Assembly (NCBI GenBank): GCA_973895155.1 | Contig: OZ316894.1 | Location: forward strand, 24,612,709 to 24,676,708 | Direction: 5' to 3' | Length of the DNA stretch: 64,000 nucleotides | Source of the DNA: Marsupella aquatica | Taxonomy: Eukaryota > Plantae > Marchantiophyta | Shown here: one piece after another, positions 1-13,245 of the stretch | Layout: the number at the start of each line of letters is the position of its first letter | Position numbering within the stretch: position 1 is the first letter of the stretch | Program-made: the position numbers and the translations under genes | Notes under the pieces: generated by a model | The model's database searches: none | Seen by the model: the letters and a program-made list of their open reading frames with translations, nothing else | What the model was told of the DNA's origin: nothing

Positions 1-1035
1 ACCTCAACCACATGACTGTGCAAACGCCTTCAATTGACTAGGTGACACATCAGATCAAAGACCGGACGGACGTGCCGCCAGCGTCCCAAAAGCTTGTCTT
101 TCACTTGAATGTTTTTGCAACATCGAACCACAGCCTCATGATTGTGCAAATGCCTTGAATTAACTGACTAATAGTCGGTGACACATCAGATCACAGACCA
201 GACCGATATGCCAGCAAAGTTATTTTTGAGGGCCAGGGCAATTCCGTCTCATAAGGTACGGACGGGATTATGAAATGCCTGCACAAAATAAGAAGTACAT
301 TGTATCGGGTGGCAGTCTCGTCCCCTTTCATTCCTTTCAGGTCGACCCAAATCGAGCTCAAAGAAGAATTTAAGTTCTGTTCAAGACATACAAGACAATG
401 AAGTCCAACACTGCTACATTTCCGCCTTACTTTCAGTCTGATTTTGCGGCAGAGCTTCAACGTTTGGTACTCTAGATCAGTGCGGTGAGGGCACAACCTC
501 GGGACTACGGTTAGCATCTTACCAAACTACTGTACGTCACAACTGGGGACGTGTTTTTGCGCTACGTTCACGTTTATTGACGAGGCTTCTCTAAGGACGT
601 CGGAAATCCAAAGATCACGAGGGCATAGAGAACGTAGCTGAAAGCGTCTTTCCTAGTAAGTCATGTCCACTAGACTTCTCAAAGGATCTCTTTTTTTTCT
701 CGAAAGGGAAGGAAATGGGGAAGGAAACGTCGTAGTCTCTCCCCACCCCAATAGTGACGTGCATTTTTTGTAGGGGAATCCATTTCAGGGTGAGCCCCAC
801 CTCGCACGGAGAGAGTATTAAAGTAGGCCACAAAATGGACAACCAGGGACCGAGAAGATAATCATAACTGTCTCCCATATATCAACAGGCATCGATCACC
901 TTTGTCTTTTGGGCGGCTTGGCACGAAATCAACTCGAGCCTTGTAGAAGCTAGGAGGAGTTTCAAGCACGCTGAGAATCTACTGTGATTGCAAGCTAGCT
1001 CCTGGTTTGATTTGGCATCGCGAGAGGGAGAGACC

Positions 1036-3259
1036 ATGGCAGTGAATCGAGCAGTGCAGCCGACAAAGCCTGTGGGAGACGTACTTGACAACTATGTGCT
1101 GACAACCTTACCTAAGCCCATTGCTTCACCCAAGCATGTGGTTGTGCGAGTTCAGCTGCGTCCGGTGAATCCCACTGACCTCGTTACTTCACGGTGGGGG
1201 CTCTGGGCCAATTTGGACTTGAAGAACGTAGTTGCTGGATCCGAAGGGTTTGGAGTGATCGACGAGGTTTGTATGCATGGCTGACAAGAGTCGAGTTCCC
1301 TCTGTGTGTGTTCTTGTTTTCATCCGAGATTGATTAGCACAGTTTTTTGTCTGCCAATCAACCTTGCGAAATCCTTTGACACCACAGGATTTAGAGCTTG
1401 CAAGAGCCTTTCGAATTTGCTGCCTCAATGGTATGAGAGTACAGATTATTTCCTGCAAGACATTGCTCGACTGAGTGAGTGATTGCCTTGCTTGTCTTTG
1501 GCTGTGTCCTTGCCATATTCTGCAGGTAGGCGACGGAGTTACTGAATTGAAGGTTGGCCAGAGGGTCATACCGTTAATATGGTCTCAATACTATACCCAG
1601 GGATATGGTCTGTGGAGGGACTATGTCGAGGTCCCCGAAATTGATGTCGTCCCTGTGCCAGACGACATATCTGACGAAGTTGCTGCTCAGTTCCTCGTCA
1701 ATCCGTGGAGTGCTTATGGCATGCTGAAGAGGGTTCAGGTTCCCAAGGACGGCTATCTCCTCCAGACGGCGGCTGGATCTGTTTTGGGAAGGTTTGCTCT
1801 ACGCTTTTCCGGTGAATTCGTTTTCATGTTACATTCCCTCTCAATACATTGATTCACTTCTGAGGGCTTGTTAGGTTTATTCCCGGGTGCGAATTTTGAG
1901 TTTTGCCCGACGGGAACTGAAGTTAATTAGCAAGAGATTTTCTGTAGCAGCTAAATCGTAGAGTACAGCGCAACAGTAAACATCTGATGAGAAATTGAAC
2001 AAAGATTCAGTTTCCCTAAGGATTTCATTCCACCACCTTCCCTACTTTCTCCAGCTGGTAATTTTCGAGCCGCGGTTTGCCACAGGAATTGTGGCCGAAT
2101 CTCTGAGTAACTTGCACTCTACACGAAGCTGAGAACGTTCGTTTTTTGCGTGCTGTTTCCATCACTCCTCTCCCCCGAATGGGTTGAGATACTTATTCAA
2201 AATAATTCTGTAATCATCTAAGAGATTTTATTGCTTGTCCACCTCAGGCAGATCATCACACTGGCAAAGCACTATGGCATCAAGACCATTAATGTCGTGA
2301 GGAGAGACGAGTGGGTTAAGCCGCTGAAAGAGCTAGGCGCTGACTATGTCATCAACTCCAGCAAGGAAGGTTGGCATCCAATCTGCGTTGCGTGGAGATT
2401 TCTTTTGCAATCTATTTCAAGAGCTTATTAATTTGTTGGTCTTCTCGGTAAATGTTTGGACATGCCCGACAACGAATGGATTCAAATTCGAGATGCAATC
2501 CAGATGTCTTCATATTCTGCACACAGTCAATGGCACATTGGACTGTCGAAAGCAAATGTCTTGGATTTCCGTTCATCGTTACGTCTTCAGGAATCTCTTC
2601 ATGGAACGCTCTTCATGCTGACACGAGAACTGTTTCTGTTGAGTGGCAGATGTGAAGGCCAAGGTGGGGGAAATTACGAACGGAAATGGAGCTTACGCAG
2701 CTTTGGATCCAGTTGCCACTGAAACGACAGGGGTACGTGCAGAACCCTGGCCCCAAATCACAATGCCTCTCCAAGCTTGCTGATTGAATCAATACAACAG
2801 CAAGTTTATCAGCTGTCAGGACGAACCCACTTCTTAATTTTGAAAGGGTTTTGTATCCGCTGCAGGCACTGTTTAGAATCCAGACTTATACATACAGCAA
2901 ATTCGTGTGGCTCTGCTGACACACACGGTTTTGCAATTTTTTGCAAACTGCAGGTTGTGGCATCCTGTGTTCGAGATGGTGGACAAGTCGTCGTCTACGG
3001 TGGCTTGACTGGAGACAAGGTGGTCATATCCATCTCAGATCTGATGAGGAATATTTCAGTGGGTTTCTTTCTGATCAGCGATTTCAAGAATGACCTGCCC
3101 CAAAGGAACGAGACTGCGAAAGCCGTCTTCGAACTTCTGTCCAAGAAGGTCATCGATCCGCTGATCGGAAAGACCTACCCACTCGAAGAATTCAAGGAGG
3201 CAATCATCGAAACTGAACGAGATGGTCGTGGCGGGAAAGTTCTCCTGGCAAGTTATTAA
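1036..3259 (+). CDS. Medium-chain dehydrogenase/reductase, enoyl-thioester-reductase (ETR)-like / quinone oxidoreductase; exons 1036-1266, 1526-1791, 2248-2369, 2650-2732, 2954-3259
   Basis: GT-AG bounded exons splice into one frame. Motifs include PVNPTD, GSEGFGVIDEVGDGVTELKVGQRV, VNPWSAYGML, LLQTAAGSVLGRQII, INVVRR, LGADYVINS and GRGGKVLL. No catalytic Zn cysteines. Confidence 0.9.
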
Positions 3260-3330
3260 GTGCTTCCATGCAGCCCAAACGAACTCCTGACGTGTCTATA
3301 TATCAACGTGGCTCTAGAAGATGGTGGGGG

Positions 3331-3351
3331 TTTAGGGTTTAGGGTTTAGGG
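3331..3351 (+). repeat. Interstitial plant telomere repeat (TTTAGGG)x3
   Basis: tttagggtttagggtttaggg lies about 70 bp after the MDR stop codon. Confidence 0.8.
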
Positions 3352-3453
3352 TCGAAACCTTTGCTTCTTATTATTCACTGTGAAATCAAATCTGGACTTT
3401 ATAATGGATGGCTTTACACGAGCTCAGTGGCCATTCAGGTATGGTTCCTACCT

Positions 3454-3676
3454 ATCCTACATAGCAAGTAGTGGGCCAGGGGCCATTTGGGCATGCCGTT
3501 TACAATCCTACATGGCAAGTAGTGGACCAGGGGCCATTTGGGCATGCAGTTTACAATCCGGGCAAGTAGTGGGCCAGGGGCCATTTAGGCATGCAGTGTA
3601 CGATCCTACATGGCAAGTAGTGGGCCAGGGGCCATTCGGGCATGCAGTTTACGATCCTACATGGCAAGTAGTGGGC
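3454..3676. repeat. Minisatellite, ~51-bp unit, ~4.5 copies
   Basis: The unit ATCCTACATGGCAAGTAGTGGGCCAGGGGCCATTTGGGCATGCAGTTTAC repeats with few changes; one unit is shortened. Confidence 0.9.
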
Positions 3677-4512
3677 TCGAGTAACTGCTGATGTGGAGTG
3701 ATTATTTTGTCTATAGGAAACATTTCAAAATTTTGACTTCATGGACTCAAGGGATTTGCCATATTGAACTTCCTTGAAAAACATTATGGGATGGAGTGGA
3801 TCTCTAGAACAATAGGTGGCCCTCCCCTCCCCTCCAGTTTGCAGTGGTGGAAAAGCAAACTGGTACCCCCAACCCTTGTTGATCCACCCTTACTGTAGTT
3901 TTTTGCCTCAATAATGTACAGCACTGCAGGCAAAATTTACTATCATGTCGTTTTGGGCCTTTTGTTTGATGGTGTTTTTCGGAAATTAATTCTATGAAAT
4001 GTTGGAGGCAGAAACGAAGAAGAAGAAGTACTATTGTGCACTTTCATTGGTGATTGTCTATGTGTATGTTTTGGCTCAGATCTGGCCCATTCTGCCTTTT
4101 GTGTCATAGAGGCAGAAAAGTGTCATGCGGTCTTGTTGCATTTTTAGTCCCTGCCTTCGTTAAGGAATCTGTTTGGACATTCACTGATGGGGGTGCTAAC
4201 TATGAAATTCACTTAGTTGATGGGGGTATGCATGAAGTCACAAGACTATGAATACTGTGAAATACACTTTCAATCACTATCTAAAGGTTGTAAATTGGAT
4301 CCTCTTTATCTAGAGCAACAAAGCAGTTAGGGGAGAAGAGGACATTCTGTGCCCAGTAGAGTACATTCTCGCGTTGTGTGGACAATAATTTTGGAAATTT
4401 TTAGCCAGGACCAAAGTAAGTTAATCCTCTCCCCATGAAAACCCTTTGGCAGGCAGCCCTCAGCCTTTGTTTAGGATGACTCACTCCCTAGCGAAACGTT
4501 ACCAAATACAAG

Positions 4513-4638
4513 TTTAACCCCCATCCAGTCACTTTTAAAAGTTAGCACCCAATTAAGTGAATTGAAAAACTCTCTCAACTTTAACCCCCATCCAGTCACT
4601 TTTAGAAGTTAGCACCCAATTAACTGAATTGAAAAACT
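4513..4638. repeat. Tandem duplication, 67-bp period
   Basis: TTTAACCCCCATCCAGTCACTTTT...GAATTGAAAAACT at 4513 and 4580. Confidence 0.85.
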
Positions 4639-5731
4639 TGGGATCTCCAGCAGGCAAACGTTGGATTTTTGGATATAATTTGCTGCATGAAAGATTAGCA
4701 ATGAGTGTGTTGTGAAATGGGAAAGTATGTAAAGCTTACAACCTTCTTGCTAAGCCTTTGGAAAACTTAGGACACTTTGAAAGCTTCTGTGAACACTCTC
4801 ATGTTGGCGCCATGCCCAATCTTAAACCGCCTATCCTCCTTCATCACTTCCTCCACTTACTTGAGACAGTGCAGGGGCCTACTGTAGATACGTACAAGCC
4901 CACTAACACTACAGAATGGTAACTCGACTAATTCACACTGCCTATATACAAGCACTTCACTATCAGACCCAATGCCCATGCATTGCACAGTATGGCTACT
5001 AGTAAAACAGAGTTGTTGAGCATTAGTTGAGATGGCTGGCCGGCCAGGCACTAAAACACTGCGGGCAGATAACGAGTCAACACAACAAGTAGATTTCAAG
5101 GAGTGTGCAACCTTTGGGAAGAGTCAGCTATAGGTTAGGCATGGGAAAGGTGCACAATAACACCTTCAGATCATCTCATGGTTAGGAATAAACATCATCA
5201 TATCCGGCCAAATGGTCAAGAAACAACAGAATGACATTTCATAAACAGATCATGAAAGAAAAGGTGGATTACACATAATTGTGCATGTTTAGATAAATGC
5301 AATTGGCACCAGTCACTGTGAAAAACAACTTGGACAGAAAAGTTGGACAAGCTATTTGGATGCACTCAAAAAATCCTGATAAATACAAACCAAACATTTA
5401 ACATTATTCTCTGTTTTTGTTTTATCATAGTGTTTTGTTCCTGATTTGTTACACTGTAGTTTGTTCCATCCTAGCCTCTAGAACTGACCTTTGTGTCAAT
5501 GCACTTTTGTTTCTACTGATGTTGGGAGTTATGTAGATGTGTGAAACTCCAATTACAGGGTGTTCATCGGACCTGGAACATGATTCAGTTCAACACTTAA
5601 ATTTAATGAATTATAGTTCTATCATATGCAATTTCACATTTAGTATGGTACACTGAAATCTGTGTAATATAAAATATATAAATTATTATAATACAATGTG
5701 TATATACCTTACTATATATTTGCAAACAGAA

Positions 5732-5780
5732 ACTACTTTTAAGGGCTATGGTCTAGAGTGAAGTCTCTAGACTGTAACTC
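5732..5780 (+). mobile_element. 5' end fragment of the same short Helitron-like family as 6940-7270 and 7386-7783
   Basis: ACTACTTTTAAGGGCTATGGTCTAGAGTGAAGTCTCTAGACTGTAACTC matches the reverse complement of 7222-7270. Confidence 0.55.
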
Positions 5781-6939
5781 AAATAAGGACAAATTAAATG
5801 TATAATGACTCTGAATAAAACAAATCTAAAAAGGTGCACAAAAGAATAGGTATGCAAAGATAATGGAAAAGAATATAGATTTTTTGTTTTGTTTTCAATT
5901 CTATTTAAGTTTAAGGAATGAGTATGGCTAGTAGATCTAATTACATGTTAATTTCAGGACTTTGAAGTTACTGTAGCTAAATGGTTTTCTATTGTAGAGT
6001 CGTTAAGACATATATGTGTGATCATTGGATCATGAGTCCAAGTCTCCACCATGTCATGTGTGTGAGGCATCTTCACGAGGATTGGGTGGGGTGTATCTCA
6101 TACTAGTGTCAAATTCACAGAAAATACAAAAGGGTGAACCTGAGTAAGACACATTTCAACTTAAATTAGTTCGTGGACCCCTTGAACTCCTGAAAGTTCA
6201 CCTTCCCATTACCTTCCACATTGACTCCCTTGATCATCTGCTGACACTTCTTATAACTATGTCCTTCTTTCATGCCCAGGTGCCTCATGCGTTGGACAAT
6301 CTAACAGTAGCAAGAGGCATCACCGAGTTAGAAACTGCAATGATGACGTCATGGAAATAAGTGCTGAGTGATCCAACATAGAATCATGTCCACTTCTTCC
6401 TTCGTGACAGCAGAAGGTCGAGAAATTTGTCACGATTACTTTGTCATCAGATCAACTTGCCTAGAGAGATTTAGTTATTATTCAATTGAAACACAATCCA
6501 GAATGCCGGTGGCTAGCAGTTACTCAGGGTAAAAAACACGGAAGGTGGGCCTCCTACTCATTGAACAGTCTGTTACTTAGGGTAAATAAAATGGTTACTT
6601 TTAAAATATTTTCACATCAAGGTTTACGGCATGGCGTCCTCAATTTTACCAAAATCCTGCCACAAACACGAATATTGAAGTAATTTTATTTTTAAAACAA
6701 TCCATACTTGTTTGTAGTGCATCATGATGATGTGGCGCGCTGTGGAGTCTTGAATTTTGGAAGGGACCTCTAGTGGGGTCCGTAATAAATAAATAAATAT
6801 AAATATATAAAAGAATAATTAGCACAAGTGAAACTCTTTATTAGATTTGCGGATATGTCACCATTATTGTACACAGTTATCCTGGTTGTGGTGGTGAAAC
6901 TTGTCATCCATGTACAAGACAGTGTCATATTTATAAATA

Positions 6940-7270
6940 CTAGCCCCGATTACCCGTTCTTTGAACGTAAATAGCAGAGAGTACAATACAAAATTATCAA
7001 AATATATTTTCTATCCATATTCTTTGAAGGTAAATGAAATGATAAAAAAATTTATCATTTTAATAGTCATATATAATATACTCTTCTCCTTTATGTGCAC
7101 ATGAGTATTTTTTAATGCACATATGTTGTGGTGGGGCCATAATGCATATAGAAATTATCAAAGAAAATTGGTATGTACATACATCATGTCATGAGTTTCT
7201 CCCATGCACATGATGGCCATAGAGTTACGGTCTAGAGGCTTCACTCTAGACCTAGGCTCTTAAAAGTAGA
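6940..7270 (-). mobile_element. Non-autonomous Helitron-like element, copy 1
   Basis: The minus strand starts TCTACTTTTAAG and ends CGTTCaaaGAACG (hairpin) + GGTAATCGGGG-CTAG followed by T. AT-rich body. Confidence 0.7.
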
Positions 7271-7385
7271 CTTGAGTTGGCGTTTTAATAGTAAGATTGT
7301 ATTATAATCAATTGGACCAACTTTAGTGACAAAGTAATTTTAATTAAAAGTAGTAGAAATCTTACTATAAAAATTCTAATTGAAA

Positions 7386-7783
7386 TTTACTTTTAAAAGC
7401 CTAAGTTTAAAGTGAATCCTCTAGATGGTAACTATATAGTCATCATGTGCATAGGAGAAACTCATGACATGACGTATATAAAATGATACATGTGTGATAA
7501 TGTTTAAGTATTTATATTCAAAAAATATGGGTGCTATGATTTCACTATAACATATGTGCATAGAAGATATGATTTCACTATAACATATGTGCATAGAAGA
7601 TGAATGTGCACATAAAAAAAATAAAAATATAATATATTACTATTAAAGTAATAATTTTTAAATTATTTTATTAACATTAAAATATATAAATATAAACTAT
7701 ATTTTGATAATATTTTTATTGGACTCTCAACTATTCATCTTGAATATAGCATTCACGTTCAAATAACTCGTAGTCGGGGCCAG
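7386..7783 (+). mobile_element. Non-autonomous Helitron-like element, copy 2 (diverged)
   Basis: A|TTTACTTTTAAAAG start and CGTTCAAATAAC..GTAGTCGGGG-CCAG|T end. Colinear with copy 1, with an internal ~32-bp duplication at 7536-7600. Confidence 0.65.
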
Positions 7784-8106
7784 TTAATCTAATGTGCCAT
7801 TTGTGCCCCTAAAAAATGAGTCACTTTCTACAGGCTATCAAAGGTGGTCTCTCATGAGGCAACCTGCCACAGTAGGTGCGCAGACAGTGACGAGACAGAG
7901 AAAGCTACTGTAGAAAGTCGGAGAGGGCTTCAGAACGATGCAATTCTGACGGTCTTCGTTCAATTTCTCCTCATCTCTCAAGTAGACGATCCATTTTCCA
8001 CCATCGCCGGGACGAAATTGATCAGCGGAACGAGCACGGATTCCATTAGTACATCGTTTCAGCCCGAGCGCCGACGATTCCGAGCACCGGGCTCGTCTCG
8101 TCCACG

Positions 8107-10370
8107 ATGTTCAAAAAGTAGGGTTTCGTTAGGGTTTTGTTGTTGCTCTTGGATTTTGGCATTGGGCTTTCCTCCCGATCGAATTCGGCGTCGTGTCCTG
8201 ATCTCATTTTGCGTGGAACGGGTCCTCGCAGGTTCACTTCCGAGGAGGTGAGCGCGCAGAATCAAGTGAAGGCCTCCGTTCAGCGCAAAATCCGTCAAGG
8301 TATCGCCGATGAGGTACGGGAATAAATCGGGTTCGAAACTCGAGGATGTATTTCCGAAAAATTTGGGCAAAATCTCTCCTTATACGGTCGCAGCTCAAAG
8401 TACTATTCTTTTTTTCGTAGGCTTCCCACTCGACCGTCCTTATGAGGGCTGCAGTCATGTCGTCCGTTGGCTTTTGGGTTCTAAGTGGAGCGCTTTCTAT
8501 CTATTAAATGAGCCCTAAAATCTCATCGGTAACATGGTGCCAATGTGATTTTGTCGCAGTATCCGGAATTGGAACCGATTCTTGATGATCTCTTGCCGAA
8601 GAAATCACCTCTGATTGTTGCCAAGTGGTAAGTAGCTAAGGGATTTGAAGTTCTTGAAAGGGATTCGATCACAGATCTCTTCAAATTTGATCACGAGGAG
8701 ATGCCCTCTGTTGAACTATGCATGTCTGATAGAATCTGAGTGCAGTATGATCTGTTTAATTTGGCAGTTTAGTGTGTAACGAATTAATTTGCGAGTATTT
8801 CAGCTCCACAAAAGCAATGGAAACCAACTTCATGACAGCAATTCGTCTGGATGGGATAGAATATCATGCTGACTCTGACTTTCGAACATCTAAAAGAACT
8901 AGAAGATTAAGGGGAGCATTGATGTGCCGGGGCTGATTGACCCATTAAGGATACTTCCATTTAGTTTATGGGAGCGAGAAATTGTCAGTGCTTTTACTAG
9001 CACACTGACTCTTGGTAACTCTGTGTTTTCAGCCAGAATCATATCAACTTAGTCGTTGTAAATAACGTCCCTCTCTTCTTCAATGTCCGGGATGGACCTT
9101 ACATGCCAACATTGCGGTTACTGCATCAATGTAAGCTCGCCCCATTTCGCATTTTCCTTTGGTGCAAATCTCTGGGCTTTCAGTTTTGAGAGTTGGTGCC
9201 TGTGCCGATTATGATCTAGTTTATTTAACTCAATGCCAGTGATTGCAGTAGATCATGACAGTTGTACATCAAGAGTCTGTTTAAGTCCTAACTGTAGTTG
9301 ATGGTTTGGATATGGAACATTGAGCCGCCAGCTGTTCCAGTTTTGTATTTTGGCATTCTGCTACTTCTGCATTTTAACCCACTAAGTTTTATGTGATTCA
9401 TGTAGATCCAACCATCATGAAGATGCTGAGAGTTGACAGAGGAGCAATCAAGTTTGTTCTGGCGGGAGCTAACATTATGTGTCCGGGTCTTACATCGTCT
9501 GGTGGCGCCCTCGATGATAATATCCCCGCAGAAGCACCTGTGGTATGTGTCATTATTAGTTGAAATGAACCTGTGTTAGGCTACCTCTTGCACTTGGGCC
9601 TCGCCTCAAACTAGCTGCTGCCCTCCACCCATATCCACTATAGTCGGTAGAGAATTCATGACGCTTAGTGATTTCATTCATTCAAGTTATGCTTCTGACA
9701 GATGCTAAGATGAAATATTGTGAGTTTTATAATTCATGGGGTTAGTCTTACGCTGTAGCAAAGTACAGAGCATTGTAGCTGTATGCTTCGTGATTGGTTT
9801 CGTCAATGCTGTCGGCAGACTGGCTTTAGCCTTGAAATCATGGAGATCTGCAACTAATGCTGGCGGCGTTCCCAACAGGCGATAATGGCAGAGGGCAAGA
9901 CACATGCTCTTGCAATAGGCTACACCAAGATGTCGGCAAAAGACATGTATGACCTTCTTATGCCGTAGCTATAAAGAAGATCTTGTTCTCACTCATCATA
10001 CTATTGTCATTTGTAATAGCCATGCTGGAGATCAATGGTAGGTAACCATCAGTGGTCTGATAAAATGCTTTTTTACAGGAGAGCAATCAACAAGGGAATA
10101 GGTGTCGACAACATGCATTATCTCAATGATGGACTATGGAAGGTAAAGGTCTCATCAACTTCACTTCAAAATGTCTCCTACCGTAGGCTAACGATCGTGC
10201 GGACGTCTTTGTCAGGCTTCTGTACTTCTTCATCTTATCATCACTCAAGGATTAAACCTGTTTTTGGAGCTCCTGTAGTCAGTCTTTTAAAGAGTTGTAG
10301 GACCTTCTACAATCTGTTTCTTGCTCACATGTTTTTCGTCCATTCCTCACAGACTCTGCAGCTGGACTGA
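8107..10370 (+). CDS. MCTS1: MCT-1/Tma20 translation reinitiation factor (pre-PUA + PUA domain); exons 8107-8117, 8232-8313, 8560-8627, 9033-9130, 9406-9542, 9879-9946, 10079-10142, 10353-10370
   Basis: The spliced product reads MFKKFTSEEVSAQNQVKASVQRKIRQ...DGPYMPTLRLLHQYP...VDRGAIKFVLAGANIMCPGLTS...AIMAEGKTHALAIG...NKGIGVDNMHYLNDGLWK. All introns are GT-AG. Confidence 0.95.
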
Positions 10371-12893
10371 TGGTAAACGTTCTTCCTCTACTGTTGGTTT
10401 GCTCATCGAAGGGATGGACGACTTGAACCTATTTATGGTGACTTGGAGACACCTGTTCAGAGTAGGAATGGATCATCTTCTACAAACTAAACGGGTCCTT
10501 TGCAAACATTGTGTACATGCCGCAAAATCTCGACGGGCACTTTTAAGGGATGATCTTGTTCTGCTGTGTTGGACCTGTCTCGCTCATGGTTTCAGTGCCT
10601 ATTGATCGAAGACAAGAACCACCTTAGGTAGGAGAAAGTGGGTCCTATCCTGTCATCTACATGCAGGGACTCACTTTGGGTCCGTTGTTTATGATCTATG
10701 TGAAGGCCATTCGAGTTTGCCATGCTCTCCAATGATTCTTGAAGGTCTTTCAGCGGAAGCTTCTCTTTTGCTTGTATAGAAATTTTGTCTCCTCTTTGAA
10801 ATTATAAGGTGGGAGACCAATTCTGTTTAGCGTTGAGTCTCTGTGAAGTGCAACCAGTCTCTCAGGATATTAGTTGATTTAAGTTTTGCGGATAAGTTAT
10901 TACTCGATTGTGACGACATTTTGACAAAGAGCTGAAATCACGCGGTAGTAGTGCGTGACGTTCATTCTGAATTGAATGTCAAAGTCGTCATTTGCTGATT
11001 TAAACTGGAGAGAACGTGCTAATGCTCGCTCCCGTAGAACTACGAACTTCGCATCTGTGGATCCAATAGGCTGAGCTGTCCAAACTTTATTGTGAAGCAT
11101 TTGCCCTAATGTTAGTGTAGATAATATCTGTGAGTAGTTCTTTTACATAGTCTGATTCAACTCGCCCGGAACAGTTAATTAGAATAAAAAACTCTGCTGC
11201 AATCCAACAGTTCTGGTCTCCTTTCCCAAGCATGCACTAGGTCAGTACGATGACCAACAGTGAACATGATGAGCAGGCTGCAGTAGTTAAAAATGTACCA
11301 GGAACTAGAAATTTTGTCTCTTTGCACGCAAGGTGATTGTAGCTCACGTCACTGATTGCAAACTCACCTAAAACTCTTGCAGCCCCGTTTTGCAGACCTG
11401 ACCGTGTAAAAAACTGATCTAGTAAAGCAGAAAGCCAGAATATTATCCCGTGTTTGTTTTTTCATTTCGTATGTTCCCACTCTCGAAATTATGCGAACTC
11501 TGATGCCTTCGACAACATTTTGCTACGTAAAGAGTTAGATAGACACTATTGTTTGGCTCATGTCAGACTTCCAATGCTTTCGAAATTTTAATCAGATACT
11601 AGTGGGTACAGTCTCGGGACTTCTGTGGATACATACATTGTATGTTCCAGATTTCAATAAGTTAAACTCCCTTTGACAGGACCCTATTCACCACATTCAT
11701 TTTTCCTCCCCTCGGTTGCTTGCTTGGATCTAAAGGAATATTAAGTGCCCTAGCCTGGTCCCCAGGTGCACCTCAATGGGAGTCCAAAGAAGGATCAGAA
11801 CAGAAATGCACACTAAAGAACAGTCGAAAACGTAACTACTGCTGAACAAACGAAGCATCGGGTACCATGAACAATTTCAGTAGGACTATGAGCTACATGA
11901 AGAAATAATGTAGCGCATGATACTTCACGTAAGGACCTTCTGCAATGACTTCGAGACAGGAAGACTTCTTGGCGTTGTCAAAGAGGTTTTCGGGCCCGAT
12001 CTGAGCACTTCTGCGTTTAAAGTTGGAGGGAGATCGTAATGACGTAAGCCGAACTCTTGAGTTGGCAGCGCTGCACAGTTCTTATATGCAAATTGTCGGA
12101 TCGGCGATAATTTTTTTATATTCAAGGCTCCAATTAACCAATGCTTCTCAGGAAAGACCTCAATTTGCAAAACTGGCAAGGATATGGGTCAGTTCACCTG
12201 TGGGTTCTCAAACCATTCAAGACCAATTGATTCTTCCACCAGTTCCGATGGCTACTTGGCTTCATAGCAAATTAGGTGGCTGGTATAATTGGAATCATGT
12301 ACTTTATCTGTCTGTGAGAAACTTGGTAGTTGACCTAGATCTCCAACGCTGTCATATCGTGGGCTCGATTCAGTTTCATGATCTCGGCTTCTTGTCTGTA
12401 TTTGATGACTCGATTTATAAAGTCTTCTCGGTATAACTGTGCGTAGAAATATTCAATCAAAACATTGGATCATTGGACATTCGCACATCCCGCAAAAGGA
12501 ATATTTGGAAGAATCTGAGGCCTACTCCATGACACAAATTACACGTACTTGAGATATGAATCCCTTTCTGCCAGGACAGAGCTGGAGAAGGGAGGGCCAG
12601 GACAGAATGAAGGCAAGATCAATTCAGTCAGATGGGCCGTATTTCCACTCATCGTACAACAGCTAGGCAACAACTCACTGCAGTTGGGACCACGGTGAAT
12701 GGTACACTTACAGTCAGACTGTAAACACTCCACCAGTCCACTGCTCCTCAGTACCATAGTCCTCACCGCTGTCCATTTAATAATGCACTCTGGCCTGATG
12801 AGAAAGTTGTCCATCTATATGTTGGGCTAACGGTACCTTCACTTATTATTTTGGCGACATAATTTCTCGGTACTGTACCTTAATCTGGAGCTA

Positions 12894-13245
12894 CAGAGGT
12901 GCCATCCCCTTTAGCGCAAGAAACATACAAATTATGAATATTTTGTATCTGACTGACAAATTAGTTTAGAGGGCGTGTGAAAACCATTTAGAGGCCGTCC
13001 CCTTTAGCGCACAAATAACATAATTATTAATATTTCATATTTGACTGACAAAGCATTATAGAGGGCCATGAGACCTCCAAATATGTTTTAGGCCTGTGAA
13101 ACCTCCAAAACTTTTTAAATTCGTAGATTAGAACAGCAGAATAATAATCCTATGTTGGTTTATTTTAGGTGTTGGGTTATTTCCAGGAGTGAAAAATAAA
13201 TTAAGTTTTTGTGCAGTTGCTGCGCAAACCGGGATGGCACTGTGG
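12894..13245. mobile_element. Putative MITE (Tc1/mariner-like, TA flanks)
   Basis: Imperfect TIRs CAGAGGTGCCATCCCCTTTAGCGC / GCGCAAACCGGGATGGCACTGTGG, flanked by TA, with an AT-rich interior. Confidence 0.5.

Noticed and set aside
3454-3676. CRISPR-like array or repeat protein (ORF 3380-3691)
   Set aside because: The whole unit repeats with no unique spacers; the ORF is a by-product of the repeat.
11900-12500. 137-aa ORF / possible pseudogene
   Set aside because: Non-ATG start, with no recognisable motif or splice structure.
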